Source: Adineta vaga
Lineage: Eukaryota; Animalia; Rotifera
Direction: 5' to 3'
Assembly (NCBI GenBank): GCA_021613535.1
Contig: CP075495.1
Coordinates: forward strand, 7,812,001 to 7,876,000
DNA length: 64,000 nucleotides
Shown: piece by piece, positions 1-13,739 of the stretch
Layout of the letters: every line of letters begins with the position of its first letter
Position numbering within the stretch: the first letter of the stretch is position 1
Notes under the pieces: generated by a model
The model's input: only the letters and a program-made list of their open reading frames with translations
What the model was told of the DNA's origin: nothing
Databases searched by the model: none
Translations under genes and position numbers: made by a program

Positions 1-455
1 ATCTCTACGTTTTTTTCGTTTTTTTCCAATTATTTCAACTTCATCATCATCGTCATCATCATCATCGACTCTTTCATCACTATCTTCATCACTAATATAA
101 TCTTCGGGCAAGATTGATTTCTTTTTTGTTTCTTTTCTTGGTGGTTTGTTCTTTTCAACTTTTGATCCTGATTTGAAACCACCACTAACAAAAGAAATTG
201 GTTGAGCTATACGACTATAGGATGATGATGCAGTTGTTGTAGGACGATTCGATGCACGTTCTGAACCTGTTGCCCAAATACCTACAATAAAAAACATATA
301 TTTAAATTGAAACAAATTTTAATCGATGAATATGACATCTTACCATAGATAGATTCTTCTTTACTTTGTCGTCCTCGGCGGCGTGTTGGATTAAATGCAG
401 AATCTAAATCGCTTTCTGTAATATTGAAGTCTTCAATAAAATCATCATCAGCCAT
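1..455 (-). CDS. TFIP11: Tuftelin-interacting protein 11 (spliceosome disassembly factor), 5' part; gene continues beyond the window start
   Basis: Manual translation from ATG at 455 gives MADDDFIEDFNITESDLDSAFNPTRRRGRQSKEESIYG, then a GT-AG intron (282-343), then IWATG...PISFVSGG. This matches the TFIP11 N-terminus (FEITDWDLQNEFNP...QTKEEATYGVWA...PVNFISAG). Confidence 0.85.
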
Positions 456-647
456 TGATTATGTTAATATTGAGAAGAATGATGGAAAACAAAGATATAT
501 TTCGTAAAAATACGCATTCTGTTGAAAAAATCAATAAAAATGAGTCACAGTTAACTTTTATTGGTTTATTCTGAGAACCAGTTATATCATTTAAGAATAT
601 TTCTGTCGTCGTCAGCATTTATTTTTAATGATACACATTTGTTATAA

Positions 648-670
648 CATACCATACCATACCATACCAT
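648..670. repeat. (ACCAT)n pentamer microsatellite between divergent genes
   Basis: cataccataccataccataccat is visible directly. Confidence 0.8.
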
Positions 671-763
671 ATTTTTTTCAAACTTAGAAAAGAAGAAGGA
701 CAAAATAATACTTTTTTTTGTAGATATTTCAGAGTAGAACGTCTTTAGTTTTGATTTATCAAT

Positions 764-2247
764 ATGGCAAAGGTAAAATAATTGAATTCTTCTTCATTCA
801 AACGAAGAGAAGAACTTTTTAGGAAAATGATGGTGTAAAACAAAATAAATCTAACGGTCACACAATGCCAAGAAATGAACAAAGACCAAAAGGTCGTTCA
901 TCATGTTGTTCAATATGTATCTATACATTTATTTTTGTTTCCGGTGTCATTGTTGGTAAGATAACTTTAATAATTACAACTGAAGATGAATATCTCGTTT
1001 CGTCTATTTAGCAACAATTTTACCTGATTTAGCTGGTCATCAATTTAAACAACCTTATGGAAAAGAATACGGTATGGTTTGAATTAGAAATTTTCATTTA
1101 AAGAGATTCTTTTGTATTTGAAGGTGTAATGCTTGAACAAGCATTTAAAGATTTACCAAAACACATGACTACTTTAGCAGAAACAGCAGTCGTCGTTGGT
1201 CGTGATCTAATGAACCGATTTTGGAAAATGAAAGCAGAAATTGATCGTCGTGTCGCTGACATACAAGCCAAAGAAGGTGATAAATCATCATCGTCATCGA
1301 CAACAACAAAACGTACTGCAACAACAAGTAATAATTAACATATACAAATAACTAAAAACAAAGTAATTTCTCGTATTTTTAGCGAAAGGTACAACCCAAC
1401 GTTCAACAACAACCAAAACAACAACAGCTGGTTTGTATTTTTGTTTTATTTTTCCACTTGAAATTACGAGCAAAAAAATTCGTTTAGCTACTACAAAACA
1501 AACAACTACTACTCAACGCACAACACAAACAAGTTTGTAGATGCATTTTTATACCTAAAATTCATTTGTTTCTTTTAGCAACGACAACACGTCGACCAAC
1601 TACAACCACTACCAGCACCACCACTACTACCCCACGTCCAACTACTACCACTACCACTACCCCACGTCCTACTACTACTACCACCACCACTACTACCCAA
1701 CGTCCAACTACCACCACTACCACTACCCCACGTCCTACTACTACCACCACCACCACCACTACTACCCAACGTCCAACTACCACAACCACCACTCAACGTT
1801 CAACTACTGCTACAGAGACAACTACAGCAGCAACTACTCAACCAACTACTACTACCACCTTCACTGAAGCAACCACGCGTGCTGCAACTACTCAACCAAC
1901 GACAACAACAACAACCACTCCTACAATTCAAACAACAACTATTCCTCCTGCTACCACTCAAACAGCAACGACTCCTCCTACTACCACCATCACCACTACC
2001 ACCCAAGCTACGACACGTTTTACTACTTCTGCCACAGGTAGCAACATATCTTTTGCTTTTTTTTATTACTATTCTAATATTAATGATTTCATCATTTATA
2101 GCGCATCAAGATCATGTTCACACAGTTCGTGCACATGATACAACAAAAGCAACACCAGTCGTAACGACTGAAACAATAGTTCTCGAACCTGCAACAGTTA
2201 AGTCTCAAGAAAAAGCAAAAGATACAGTACCAACCAATGAACTCTAA
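764..2247 (+). CDS. Type II membrane protein with Thr-rich mucin-like ectodomain (multi-exon)
   Basis: Spliced frame MAK|ENDG...SSCCSICIYTFIFVSGVIV|ATILP (one TM segment after a basic N-terminus), then a helical segment and several Thr-rich exons. Stop at 2247. Introns have canonical GT-AG ends. Confidence 0.7.
1580..2000 (+). repeat. Coding low-complexity tandem repeat (P/Q-R-P-T7-10)
   Basis: Repeated cccacgtccaactactaccaccac units encode PRPTTTTTTT. Confidence 0.85.
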
Positions 2248-2656
2248 GAAGAACAATCTGTTGTTAGATAATTCTCATGATCATCATTCCGTATAAATGG
2301 TTAATTTCATCGTTATTCTTTCTTTTGTATTTCTCACTTTTATGATTTGTTGGATGTTTTCTGTTCCTTGTTATTCATCTTATGTTATTCTTTACCCACA
2401 AGGGATTAATAAAACATTCGTGGTTTTGATTATCATTTAATATAATTGTTGAAATATTGCATATCTTAAGCATTCATCTGATTGATGTTTTCAATGGAAG
2501 GTGAAAAGTTCTGCTGATCAGAAATAAAAGACAGTTGAATGCGCTTCATTTGATCTTTCTACCTGGATGATACATTAATTTTCTATTGTATTCATTCCAT
2601 ATTTCATTCAATTTCCGGTTATATTTTAATCTTTATTCAAATCTCGAAATACTTAT

Positions 2657-4063
2657 TCAACAAAAAATCGGTTTAAAATCTATATGATGTGGATGTGCCA
2701 TTACATCAGTGCGAGGACCATAAATACCAAAGTTATATTCCGAATCAGCCTAAAATAGAGAAAAAAAACACATTTTTTATACTACTGTTGTATCAATCAG
2801 AATTTAACATCATACCGAAAATGTATGCGCAAACCATCCAATTTGTTGTTGTTTAGAATATTGACAATTACTTATCCAAAGTTTCCAATATTCATTAGCA
2901 CCTTCTAAGGAGACACCTTTCCATACATCTGATCCGCAATTTGATCCACGATTACGTCCATACCGATTCGAACCCCATGGATTTTGAGTTATCATTATTT
3001 GTTTATTCGGAATCATTTGTTTGAACGCTTCAATGTCGTTCTTAATAAAATTCCAAACATTTCCAGGTAAATCACATGTTCCATAATATGGCATAACTAT
3101 CAAAGCATTCTTCAATCATTTCAAATATATACTCGACAAAAAAAATGATTACATACCATGTGCTGATATAAAATCGATGTTTTTTATAACAGCATTTCTT
3201 GCAGCTGCAGGAGCTACATCATAACCATATTTCATCTATAGTAACCTCAGTGAGGGAAAAATAAATGATCAATTCGGAAAACTAAACAATAGACATACTT
3301 CGCTAACTGTCAATGGAATATCCAATGCATTTAATTCGCCTTTAATTTTTTCTAACTCAGCAACAAATGTACCAGAAATACTCCATGAAAACAATGGTTC
3401 TGAACCAAATGAAACCGAATGAACTACATATTTACTCAATGGTTTTCTGAGTACGTTCATCAGAGATGTTTTTCGTTCTTGCCATTTATTAAGTTCAGTA
3501 TCACTGTAACCATGCCAAACAATACCCAGTACTCCACTTTAATAAATAAATAAAATAAACATTCAAAAGATAGTAATCAATAGAAAAGAAACGAACAGAT
3601 TATTTTCAGCAGCTGCTTGAATAATATTATCCCAGACCATTTCTTGTTCACAAATTGGACCATATATACGAACCAGTTTTGCTCCATCATCAGCCATCCT
3701 TTTAAAATCTTGTCGAAGACGAGCAAGTGAGTAAACAGCATCACCACAAGACCAACCTTTGAGGTCACGGACATATCTATTAAAATAATAGAATTATATA
3801 CTTATCAATAATAACACTTATAAGAGAATAAACACTTTAACAAATGAAAATGTCAAAACTTAGAAATCTATTGAAAGGCAGAATATGTATTACCCCAACC
3901 ATCCATAGAATCTATTTGCAGGACACCACCATTGATTACGTGCTACAGTTGGAACTTGAATATTATCTGCAACTTTACTAAATTTAGTATCATATGGAAA
4001 ACATCCATCGACTATTACTATAAACGACAAAAAAGTCCACAATACTTGTAAATTAACATTCAT
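2657..4063 (-). CDS. Secreted GH17-like glycoside hydrolase (fungal-type beta-glucanase fold), 6 exons
   Basis: Signal peptide MNVNLQVLWTFLSFIVIVDG. Spliced protein carries AKLVRIYG, GVLGIVW, VSFGSEPLF (acid/base Glu), IPLTVSE, IDFISAHVMPYY, IMITQNPW and YNFGIY, the motif order of GH17 TIM barrels. Confidence 0.75.
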
Positions 4064-4727
4064 CCTGCTAATCGAAAACATGTAATTAATATAATGAAAC
4101 TGAGATTTTATACTGGATGCATCATAGACGTTCGAATCAATAGAGATAAAACGACATGTGTGTGTGTGTGTGAATTGTTTACAGCTGTTAAATATTGAAA
4201 ATAGTCATAATAAAGGTGAACGAAAATATTTTCTTTTTATGCAATCATCATTTCCTTACATAACATACTGACAGCATGCGGGATAAGTATATGTTGTTTG
4301 ATAATATGATTCTGAATGTTATTTTGTAAATATAATAACTAATGTCACATGCTTCCGAAGAAAAATGAAATACTCATCTATTTCTACTAATTTGATGGAT
4401 GTTTAGAAGTCTTTTTTCTACACACGACATTATACACATATCTAAGACATTATTATAAGCAAGAAAATTTAATTTAATTCAACAGAAAGTATGGACAGAA
4501 CATCGAACTTGGAGTCAGTACAGTAGAATGTTTCAGTAATCTTAAACACTTTTAAGTTACATTACATCTCCCTACAAAACGATACTTCTAGTTAAAATAT
4601 TCAAATGATTTCATTTAATTTGAATCTGATACATGTAATCGTTTTGTTCACAATCATAATTTTTAATTTATATCACAAAATATTTCTTTTTTAATTTAGA
4701 AAAAAAACACATCGACATGCGCATAGA

Positions 4728-7351
4728 TTAACTATCAGGTTTATTAATTCGTCGATATAATTGAATGGTTCCATTCGTATGTGATGTCATACACATATCT
4801 TTTTCTTTATTCCAATGTACACATGAACTTGGAAAAATACTATCGGAATTCATTGTTGGAAATTGAAGTTTATCATCTTCCTCGCCAGTTGATAAACGAT
4901 AAAAACGTGCATTTTGTGCATTACATGTTATCAAACGATCCGAATCATATGGATCAATATCAAAAACACTCCCAATTGGAACGAAATTATTCATATTAGT
5001 ATTACTGTTATTAAATGCAGATATTCGTTGAGCAGAAAGTAATGGTATTTGATTTTCGATGGATGATGCTAGAGTAGAAGCTTGAAAGGGTCCTACAGCC
5101 GAATAAGGTAATTCATAAGATTGTACGAATTGATCAAATGACGATAAATTTGATTGATAAATAATATTATCATTACCAATAGAATATATATCATCATTCA
5201 TAAAATGAATATCTTGAACTAATCTTGTATGTTGTTGTTTTTGATGAATAAGACTATTCGAACGAATATCATATAAGGCTAACTTTCCATCATTAAAACC
5301 TGATAAGAAAAAGTCGAATACTTTAATTTTATTTGCTTTTAAATAAAACAATGCATTACCCAAAACAAGTATTTGTTTATCTGGATGTATATTCATACAT
5401 GTAACAAAATTTTCATCATCGTCGGCTAACACACGTTCAACTGCCCATGTATTCAAATCAAGGATCGATACACGACCAGAACGTATTCGTGTATTATCGG
5501 TCGTATTCAATCGACTTGTACTTGCTAACGAAACAAATAAACGATCTAAATGTTAAATTAAAAAAAAGATATTAGATGCATTGAATAGAATTTTTAGAAC
5601 ATACTTTGAACTGGATGTGGATGAATATACATCACTCTTGGATAACTTTTATCAATAATTGCTTCATTAACAATACGTTTCTCTATTATATGTAGAACTT
5701 TAATAGTTGATACGGATGTTCCGAGATACAGTAATGGTTCTCGCATATCAAATGTTTGACATTGAAGAGCTGAACGAGATGTTAAAGACGTTATAACATC
5801 AAAATCTTCCGTACTTGACCAAACTATTGAATAAAAAGATATGAAAATACGAATATGTTTATTTCGATCTTACTTTTCACATGACTCTGAACATCTAGTG
5901 TTGAATAGAGTGAACCATCGATGTTTACTTTACAGTCTATAATTGTACTTGAATGATGTTTTAATTCTGCTAAATGAATTAGTTTTTCATCGTCAGCATC
6001 GATCTGATCATTAAATACAAAAAACCAAATAGATAATGATCATTATTCAAAATTGTTCAAATCAAATTTTTATCAAAACTTCACAAAGCATTGTGATAAA
6101 AAAAATCGAGCAAAATGAGATGAAAAAAAGAAAATCAAACCACGTACGTGGGTGCACGAGCAGATCTTTATCATACATGAGCATCATTGTGAACAAATGT
6201 TGCAGATTTAGGTCGCGTTGTTAAAAGTGATGATGATGATGTTGATTGAGATGGTACTTTGGTAGTTATTGCATCGTCGGTTGATAATAAAATTTGATTT
6301 CCAGTTGTCGATTCTTGAGATGGTTGAGCAAAACTTGTTTTGGATATACTTGAATATGAAGGTAGTTTACCTTCAAAAAAAAGAAGGTAGACAATGATAA
6401 TTGTATAGGAAAAGATGAGTTATTTACTGCGTGAAGATGTGTATTTGGTATTTGGTAAGAAACTACTTCGAAATTTAGACATAATTGTTGAATTTGCTTG
6501 CCGTTGTTGTTCCATACCAGATGAATTTGGTGATATTTGAATTTCATCCAACACTTCAGCGAATTGACTCATGGTTGGATCAACACGCTATAGAAATCGA
6601 AAAAGTAAACATGAATAGTTTTTCTTATTTGAATTCTATGGAAAAAAAAACATTTACTGCTGATGGTGGAAGTAATACTTTTGGACTTGGTGCTTGTTGA
6701 CTAATTAAATTTCCAAATTGTTGAGAGTTATTCTCTTCTATTGAACAGATTTTTGGTGGTGTCATACTAAATCGAAACGAAAAAAAAAACCAAATTTCTA
6801 CTATTGTGTAAATCAGAAGTTAGTTAATCGTACTGATAGAATGCTATCGATAGAAAATTTTGTAACGAAATCCAAAAAAGATCATTCCATTGTTTAGAAA
6901 AGTATAATTGAAATGTTGAATTCTCTTCAGGATTTCGAATGAATGGTAATGCAAACCAGTCTTTAGTCCATTCATTTGATTGTTGTAAAACTTTTGTTAA
7001 ACGTTCGAAAAATTCATGAACTTTATCCGTTTTCGAAGATTGTATTGCATGAATTAAATAACATCGATATAAATTTGTACGAATTTTAATTAAAACATTC
7101 GTTTGTTGTTGAGAACGTACGATTAATGTTGAAAAAAGACGTTGTTCTATTTGTGTCCAATAATCAATTAAATTATTGATATCAAACTGATGAATATATA
7201 ATGTTAATTGTTCTGTAATACGATCAGCACGAAATTGTCCAATGGGAATCTTCGATATTTCATTATCAAATGTTCGTAATGTATTTGTTAAACCACGATA
7301 ATTAAAATAATCACGTATAAGATCATCAACAAATGAAAATGTGCTTGCCAT
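4728..7351 (-). CDS. WDR91: WD repeat-containing protein 91
   Basis: N-terminus VDDLIRDYFNYRGLTNTLRTFD...FRADRI...DWFALPF...YFSKQWND...SLQNFLS matches WDR91. C-terminal WD40 repeats occupy 4728-6000. Multi-exon. Confidence 0.9.
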
Positions 7352-7806
7352 TGATGTAAAAGAAATGAAGAAAACAAAAGAAAGAACGTTATATACTTTT
7401 ATTTGTCAGCAGTTGTTTATTCGTGTTTTGATTGGTCAGATATATTCGTCTATTTGTTTATTTATGTGTTCCTATTTGAGTGAACGATATCTGTGGAATA
7501 TCGAATCAGAGATGAAATGATCAATTCCTTTTTTTTCTGATAAAATACAAAAGTAAGGTTTTATTTTTTCTAGATATGAAATTATTCATTCCGTATTGAG
7601 TAGATCAATTTTTCGAGAGCAAATGTATAGCTAGAAAAGTAGAAAGAGATTATCTGTTGTATATTGCTGATGTAATGATTCTTGCCAAATCTTTTTCCTT
7701 TGTTAAATTTTCAAGATTTTATTTTTGAGACAGATGTTCACAGAAGAATTTCTTTTTTTTTCCATAAAAATATCATTATTTTCTTCTTCTTCTTCTCTTA
7801 AATCAA

Positions 7807-8121
7807 TTAACGACGTCGTTGATAAATTCGACATTGTAGTTGAATACAATTATCTCTGCCTGTATCAAATGCCTTTGATTTCGATTGTTGTTGTTGTTGA
7901 GAATGATTCTCCATACATTTTTGTACACAGTCATTGATGTATTTGTATTCCTCTTCAGCTGTATAACTATTTTCATGAACAGTTAAATGAAGTATTTCCG
8001 GAGCGAGTGTTGTTGTCGATAATGGTTCTTTGGGTTTATTGACGTTGAGTTGAAGACTTCGAGATGTGACTGAAGAGATCAAACCAATTAGAAAGAGAAG
8101 ACAATAGAATTTCATGATCAT
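7807..8121 (-). CDS. Small secreted protein with 4 Cys (CxxxC...CxxxxC), single exon
   Basis: 104-aa ORF with a clear signal peptide (MKFYCLLFLIGLISSVTS) and a paired-Cys helical C-terminus. No family recognised. Confidence 0.65.
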   Translation of the reverse strand: MIMKFYCLLFLIGLISSVTSRSLQLNVNKPKEPLSTTTLAPEILHLTVHENSYTAEEEYKYINDCVQKCMENHSQQQQQSKSKAFDTGRDNCIQLQCRIYQRRR

Positions 8122-8250
8122 CTTGTCTCGAAAGGGTTTTTCAATGGAATGGATTTATTTTCATTGTTTTTCGTCAGTTTCGATAAACATCTGTTTGATT
8201 TTCTCATCATAGCTTTATTTTTTTTTCTTCTTCTTCTTCTTTCATTGCAG

Positions 8251-9467
8251 ATGACGTCGAACGATAATTTAACCATTTCAGAATTATTTGATACTTCTTT
8301 TGATCTTCAACAAAAATTGAATTCGAATAAAATTGAACAAAACAATGAAACATTTACAACTCTTATCAATCAATTAAAATTCGCAGAAGAAAAACTCGAT
8401 GAATTACATCTATTTTCTGATAATGAAGAACTTAATGAAGTTTCATCGAACGAATTAAGGTAGAAGATGAACTTTTGCACTCAATTACTTATTGTTGTCA
8501 AATAGATATTTTATTATTTATGCTTTAATTGCTTGGTCATATGAATATCGTTCATTAGATCGTGAACAACGATTAAATGATATTCATTCTGCTATTAGTT
8601 ATTTTATTAAATATTTACAATTATGTAAAAATTATGGTTTAGTAAAACACATTCCCAAAGAACAAGATGATGATAATGATAAATATCGTATATATGTAAC
8701 AGAAGATCGTCAGATGAAAATACAGAAGTAAAAATATTTTCGAAAAGTAACTTTTGTTGATTTTTCAAATTTAGATTAAAAGAAAAGAAAACATTGGAAA
8801 AATCGATTGAAAAACTACGTGAAATGACAAAAGATATTGATCGTGTCGATGATGAAATCAAACGACAATTGTATACCGAACAAATTAAATGGTGGATTCA
8901 ACAAGCAGAAGAAGATATTATTGCATTGAAAGGTTCAGTTTTTATATTCAATTGATAAAGATTGTAATTGTGTTCTTGTAGATGAAATCAAATTGATTCA
9001 ATTTTCAAAAGACCCATTACCACAAAATAGTAATCCAACAACATCAACGAATAAACTACCTGTCGATGGACCATTTACAATAGTAACAACAAAAGATCGA
9101 TTATATAAAGAAGCAATTAGTGGAGTAGGATATCCAAGGTGAGAATATATGACTTTTTTTTACACATCAATCTAATGAATTTTAATCTTCTATGTTATTT
9201 AGTTTACCAACAATGACGGTACAAGAATTTTATGATGATCTAGCTAAAAGACAGTCTCAACAACCAGGTAGAGTAGTATCTTAGAAGAGTAATCAATTTC
9301 ATTTTATATTTGACATTATTTTAGTACCTCCACCAAAACCAGCTCCATTATCTGATGAACATCTAAATGAAATCGATGATCCCACCCATCGACGTAATGT
9401 TCGTCAAATGGATGAATATAAAGATGATAATCCACTTGGTAGTGGAAATCGTTATAATCGTAGTTAA
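8251..9467 (+). CDS. IGBP1: Immunoglobulin-binding protein 1 / alpha4 / TAP42 (PP2A regulator)
   Basis: Motifs LFSDNEELNEVSSNELRY, REQRL...YLQLCKNYGL, R..KIQK, GVGYPSLPTMTVQEFYD and the C-terminal RQMDEYKDDNPLGSGNRYN. Multi-exon. Confidence 0.92.
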
Positions 9468-9558
9468 TCATATTGATTTTTCTATTGCGAAATAACTTTC
9501 ATGTTAATTTATTTTTTTCAAATATACACAATGTTTCTTTTTTCATTTCAGATAAAAT

Positions 9559-12500
9559 ATGTCTACACCTTCGAATAATTCGAATGAATATCGTGAACAA
9601 GGAAATCAAGCATTTAAACAAGGCAAATTTCAAGAAGCTATTGATCGATATACTGATGCATTAAAAATTCTTAAAAATCTTCAATTAACTGAGGAAAATA
9701 GAAATAATTTAACGAAATGTTATAGTAATCGTGCGCAATGTTATATTAATCTTGAACAATATGATGATGCTATTGAAGATGCAACACGAGGTAGATCAAT
9801 GAAGTTATTAATAGGGATATCTATCGATTATGTTTGTTGTTATATTTAGCTTTGGAGTATCGCCTACTGATCAGAAATCATTGTATCGTCGAGCAAATGC
9901 TTTTGAACGTTTAGGAAAATTAAAAGAAGCAATATCAGATGCTCAAAGATTAATGTCTGTGACATCAAAAGGAGCAACTACGGATGATCAAACATATGCT
10001 CTTCTTCGAAAATTACGTGAAAGTGCACAGAGCAAAGTATGTGAATAGAATCTTTTTCTATATTTTATTTTATTTTATTTTATTTTTTTGTTATTGAAAG
10101 ATTTCACAACAAACACAAGTAAACAATCAAGTTCAACAGATGTTCGAAACAATCACATCGAAACCAGATCAACTAGAAACTGTATGAGTGAAATTTAATA
10201 TGATTGTGATTCGAGTGATAGCAGAAACTATTTATGCATGTTTCGCATGAGTTGTGTTTTTTTTTCTCATTTCTATGCACGGATTATTGCAGTCGATAGG
10301 TAAATGATAAACAAATCTTGATTTTAAAGATGAAACTCGCATCGATTACTTTCTTTCAGGCATTAAATAATCTATTGGTCGTTTCACGTGAGGCTGCAGG
10401 TGCTGAAGCAATTATTACCTATGATACAGATCTACGTAATTTAACTGAATTTATTCAACGTAGTGATCGAATGAGTGTGCTTGGCACTTTAAGAATATTG
10501 GGTGCATTGGCTAAAAATTCGTATAGACGGGTAAGTTTCTCAATTAATCTATAATTGAAAATGAATGTAATCAGTTAAACATATTGATTCTATTGTTTAG
10601 GCTGAAATAATTTATACTAAACTTGGTTTAAAACTAATCGGTCGTTGTTTGGCAATGAATGATACGGAAATTCCAACGAATGCTGCTATATTAATTCATA
10701 ATATGCTCATGTCAATATGTGATTTAGAAAATCGTCGTAAAGTTCGTAAACCTATGAATGTACCATACAATTTCGGTAATGAATGATTATTTCATGCAAA
10801 ATCTATCTATACATGAAAGTTTATTTTTTCAATTTAGATCAATTTGTTATTGAATTTATTAATGAAGTATTTCGTATGCTTTTGGATTTGATTGATGATA
10901 AAGCATGTTCAGGTATTGGTCGTGATTGTTGTCTTGATCTTATTGTGAAATTCGTTGATCGAGCAAATGGTTGTAATTGGACAAGTAAATTTATAATATC
11001 AGGTAATAATTAGAATAGACATTTCTTTGGATTTTGCTTCTATGTAACATCTTTTTATGTAGGTTTACCGAAAGTATTGCGAGTAGCAGCAACAGTACCG
11101 GAACTACCTGAAACGGAGAAAAAACATTATCCATTAACAGAACAAACAAAAATGCATATCTCAATGGCATTGAGTATTGTTTATCATGATTTAGTTTCGG
11201 ATAAGGAACGTGAAGATTTTAATAATGAATGTATTGAATTTGTTAAGTAAGTTCAATCGCTATCAACGTTGAATATCTCGCACAACTATGACATTTTTTA
11301 CAAAATCTATTTCAGGGCATTACATGAACGAGATGATATGCAATCACGTGTACGAACAATTTCAGTTCTCTCTATTCTATTGCAAGGTCCATTTGATACG
11401 GGTAATGCCATCTTAGGTAGTCAAAATTTAGTTGATCTAATGATACAAATGGCTGGCTCGGGTGATCCATTACAAGAAGTAACGATTCATTCATACCTTT
11501 GTTTATAAAATACTTTTTGAATTTTGTAGCGTATTGCAGTTGAAGCAATTGTTTTATCCGCTTCGAAAAAAGATAAAGCTGCTGGTATTCTATCATTAGG
11601 TTCTGAAATTCTCAAAAATCTATATCAATCAGCTAATGAACAGATTAAAGTGATTGCATTAGTGGTAAGTCGATTTTTCGAATGTAGAATTTAATTTCAA
11701 AATCTTCTTTCTAGGGTTTATCAAAAATTGCCTCTAGTAAAGGTACTGATTCAGATGCAAATCTTGTTACAGAAGGTTCATGTCAAACACTAGCTCTCGC
11801 ATGTTGCAAGTAAAGAATTTAAAAAGAATTTTTTACGATATATCTACGAAATATTTTGCAGATTCTTAACTACAAGTCCAAATTTTGATATTCGTCGTTG
11901 GGCAGCTGATGGTCTTGCTTATTTAACATTGGATGCTGATGTGAAAGAAGATTTAGTCGATAATCTTCCTGCAATTAGATCTCTCTTTAGTCTATGTCAA
12001 TGCGATGATGCACATGTTCTATATTCGATTACAACCATATTTGTAAATTTAACCAATACATATGATATACGAAAGAAGGATAAGCAAATGGAAGAATTAG
12101 CGACATATGCAAAACAACACATCCCTAAAGAACATTCAAAAGTAAAAAGGAAAAGTTATTTGATCAATCGTCATTTTAATTTTACGCTTTTTTCTCCAGG
12201 ATGCAACGGAATTTTTTGAAGAACGTCGTCGAAAATTAGTTGATGCTGGAATCATACCTGTTATAGTACAATTATGTAAACATAAGAGTGAAAATTGTCG
12301 AGAACAAATAGCAAGGTAGAAAAAATAGAAGAACATGTTTCTATAGATTAACATTCTATTTTACAGAATCTTTCTTGGACTTTGTGAAAATGAAAAATAT
12401 CGTGGACCGATCGTTGCCGCTGGAGGAGCTAAAGTATGTTTTAGACATCAAGATTCTCTTGAATAGAAGGAACATATATGCATTTTTTTCAAGGCTCTAC

Positions 12501-13582
12501 TTCCACTAGCACTAGATGGTACACCAGTTGGTAAAACAAAAGCAGCACAAGCATTGGCGAAAATTGCTATTACAACAAATCCAGAAAATGCTTTTCCTGG
12601 TCAACGTGTATGTTGCAAAATATTTATCGATTCGTCTTCAATTTGATTTCTTCTTAGACATTGGAACTCGTTCGACCAATTCTCAAACTTCTTAAAATGG
12701 AAAATACTGCATTAGAAAGTTTCGAAGCACTCATGGCTTTAACTAATCTTGCAGGTGTCGGAGAACATGTTCGAAAACGTATTTTAAAGGAAGATGGATT
12801 TCCCAATATTGAACAATATATGTATGAAGATCATCGAATGCTTCGACGAGCAGCAACGGAATGTATGTGTAATTTAGTTATACAAGAAGAAGTAAGTGTG
12901 TAAATTGTTCGATTTCATAAATCTATCGTTTTAATTTAGGTAGTGAAACTTTTCACTGGTGAAAATGATCGTATTAAATTATTGATTTTATTATGTGGCG
13001 AAGAAGATGATGTATTAGTAAAAGCAGCCTTAGGAACATTAGCTACTCTGTCATCATTACAAGTTGATCTTGATGATTTCAAAGATGTTGAATTATCCGA
13101 TGAAGATCGAAAGAAATTAAATGAATATATTGAAGATAATCGAATAATATGTGAAAAACTTGTGAATGTAAGTTTGAAGTGAAGAGAATGAAATCATCTT
13201 CTTTTCTTTTATTTAGGTTGTATCGTTTACGGAAATCTTCAAACAACTCTGTGCTTCAACTGATTTCGAGATACAATTTCGAACTTTATATATTCTTCGT
13301 AATTTAGTTAAAGCAAATAAAGACATTGCTACACGTATTGTAGCATCAGAGTTGATGGATGTTCTATTTGCGCTCAAGGAAACAAAAGATGTACGATTAA
13401 CGAATGATAAAGTAAGTTAGTCAGTCGCAAGAGAAACTATACTATCTAAGATCACTTTGTTTCACTTTTAGAATCGAAAAGTGGTTTCAACTATTCTTCA
13501 ACTATGTCTGAAATATGGTCTTATTCAACCAAATAAAGATCTTGCAATTGCAGAAGAAGATGAAGGTGTCGATGCAGAATAA
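9559..13582 (+). CDS. UNC45: UNC-45 myosin chaperone (TPR + UCS)
   Basis: N-terminal TPRs ([32 protein letters not shown]), plus [34 protein letters not shown] and [11 protein letters not shown]...[11 protein letters not shown]. Many short introns. Confidence 0.95.
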
Positions 13583-13739
13583 AACATTTGATAAAAAAAA
13601 ACGTTTCTTTTTTGCTGTGTTTGTTTTGTAGTGTCATATAACCTGAGTTTGTTTTTACACATTAAAGAAACCTACTGTTTACAAATAAAATAGATTGCCG
13701 TGTTAGATTGTTTTCTAGATCGAGAAAAAAACATTCCCA

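Noticed and set aside
1562-2006. Val-rich and Gly/Ser/Cys-rich minus-strand ORFs
   Set aside because: They are antisense shadows of the Thr-rich coding repeat.
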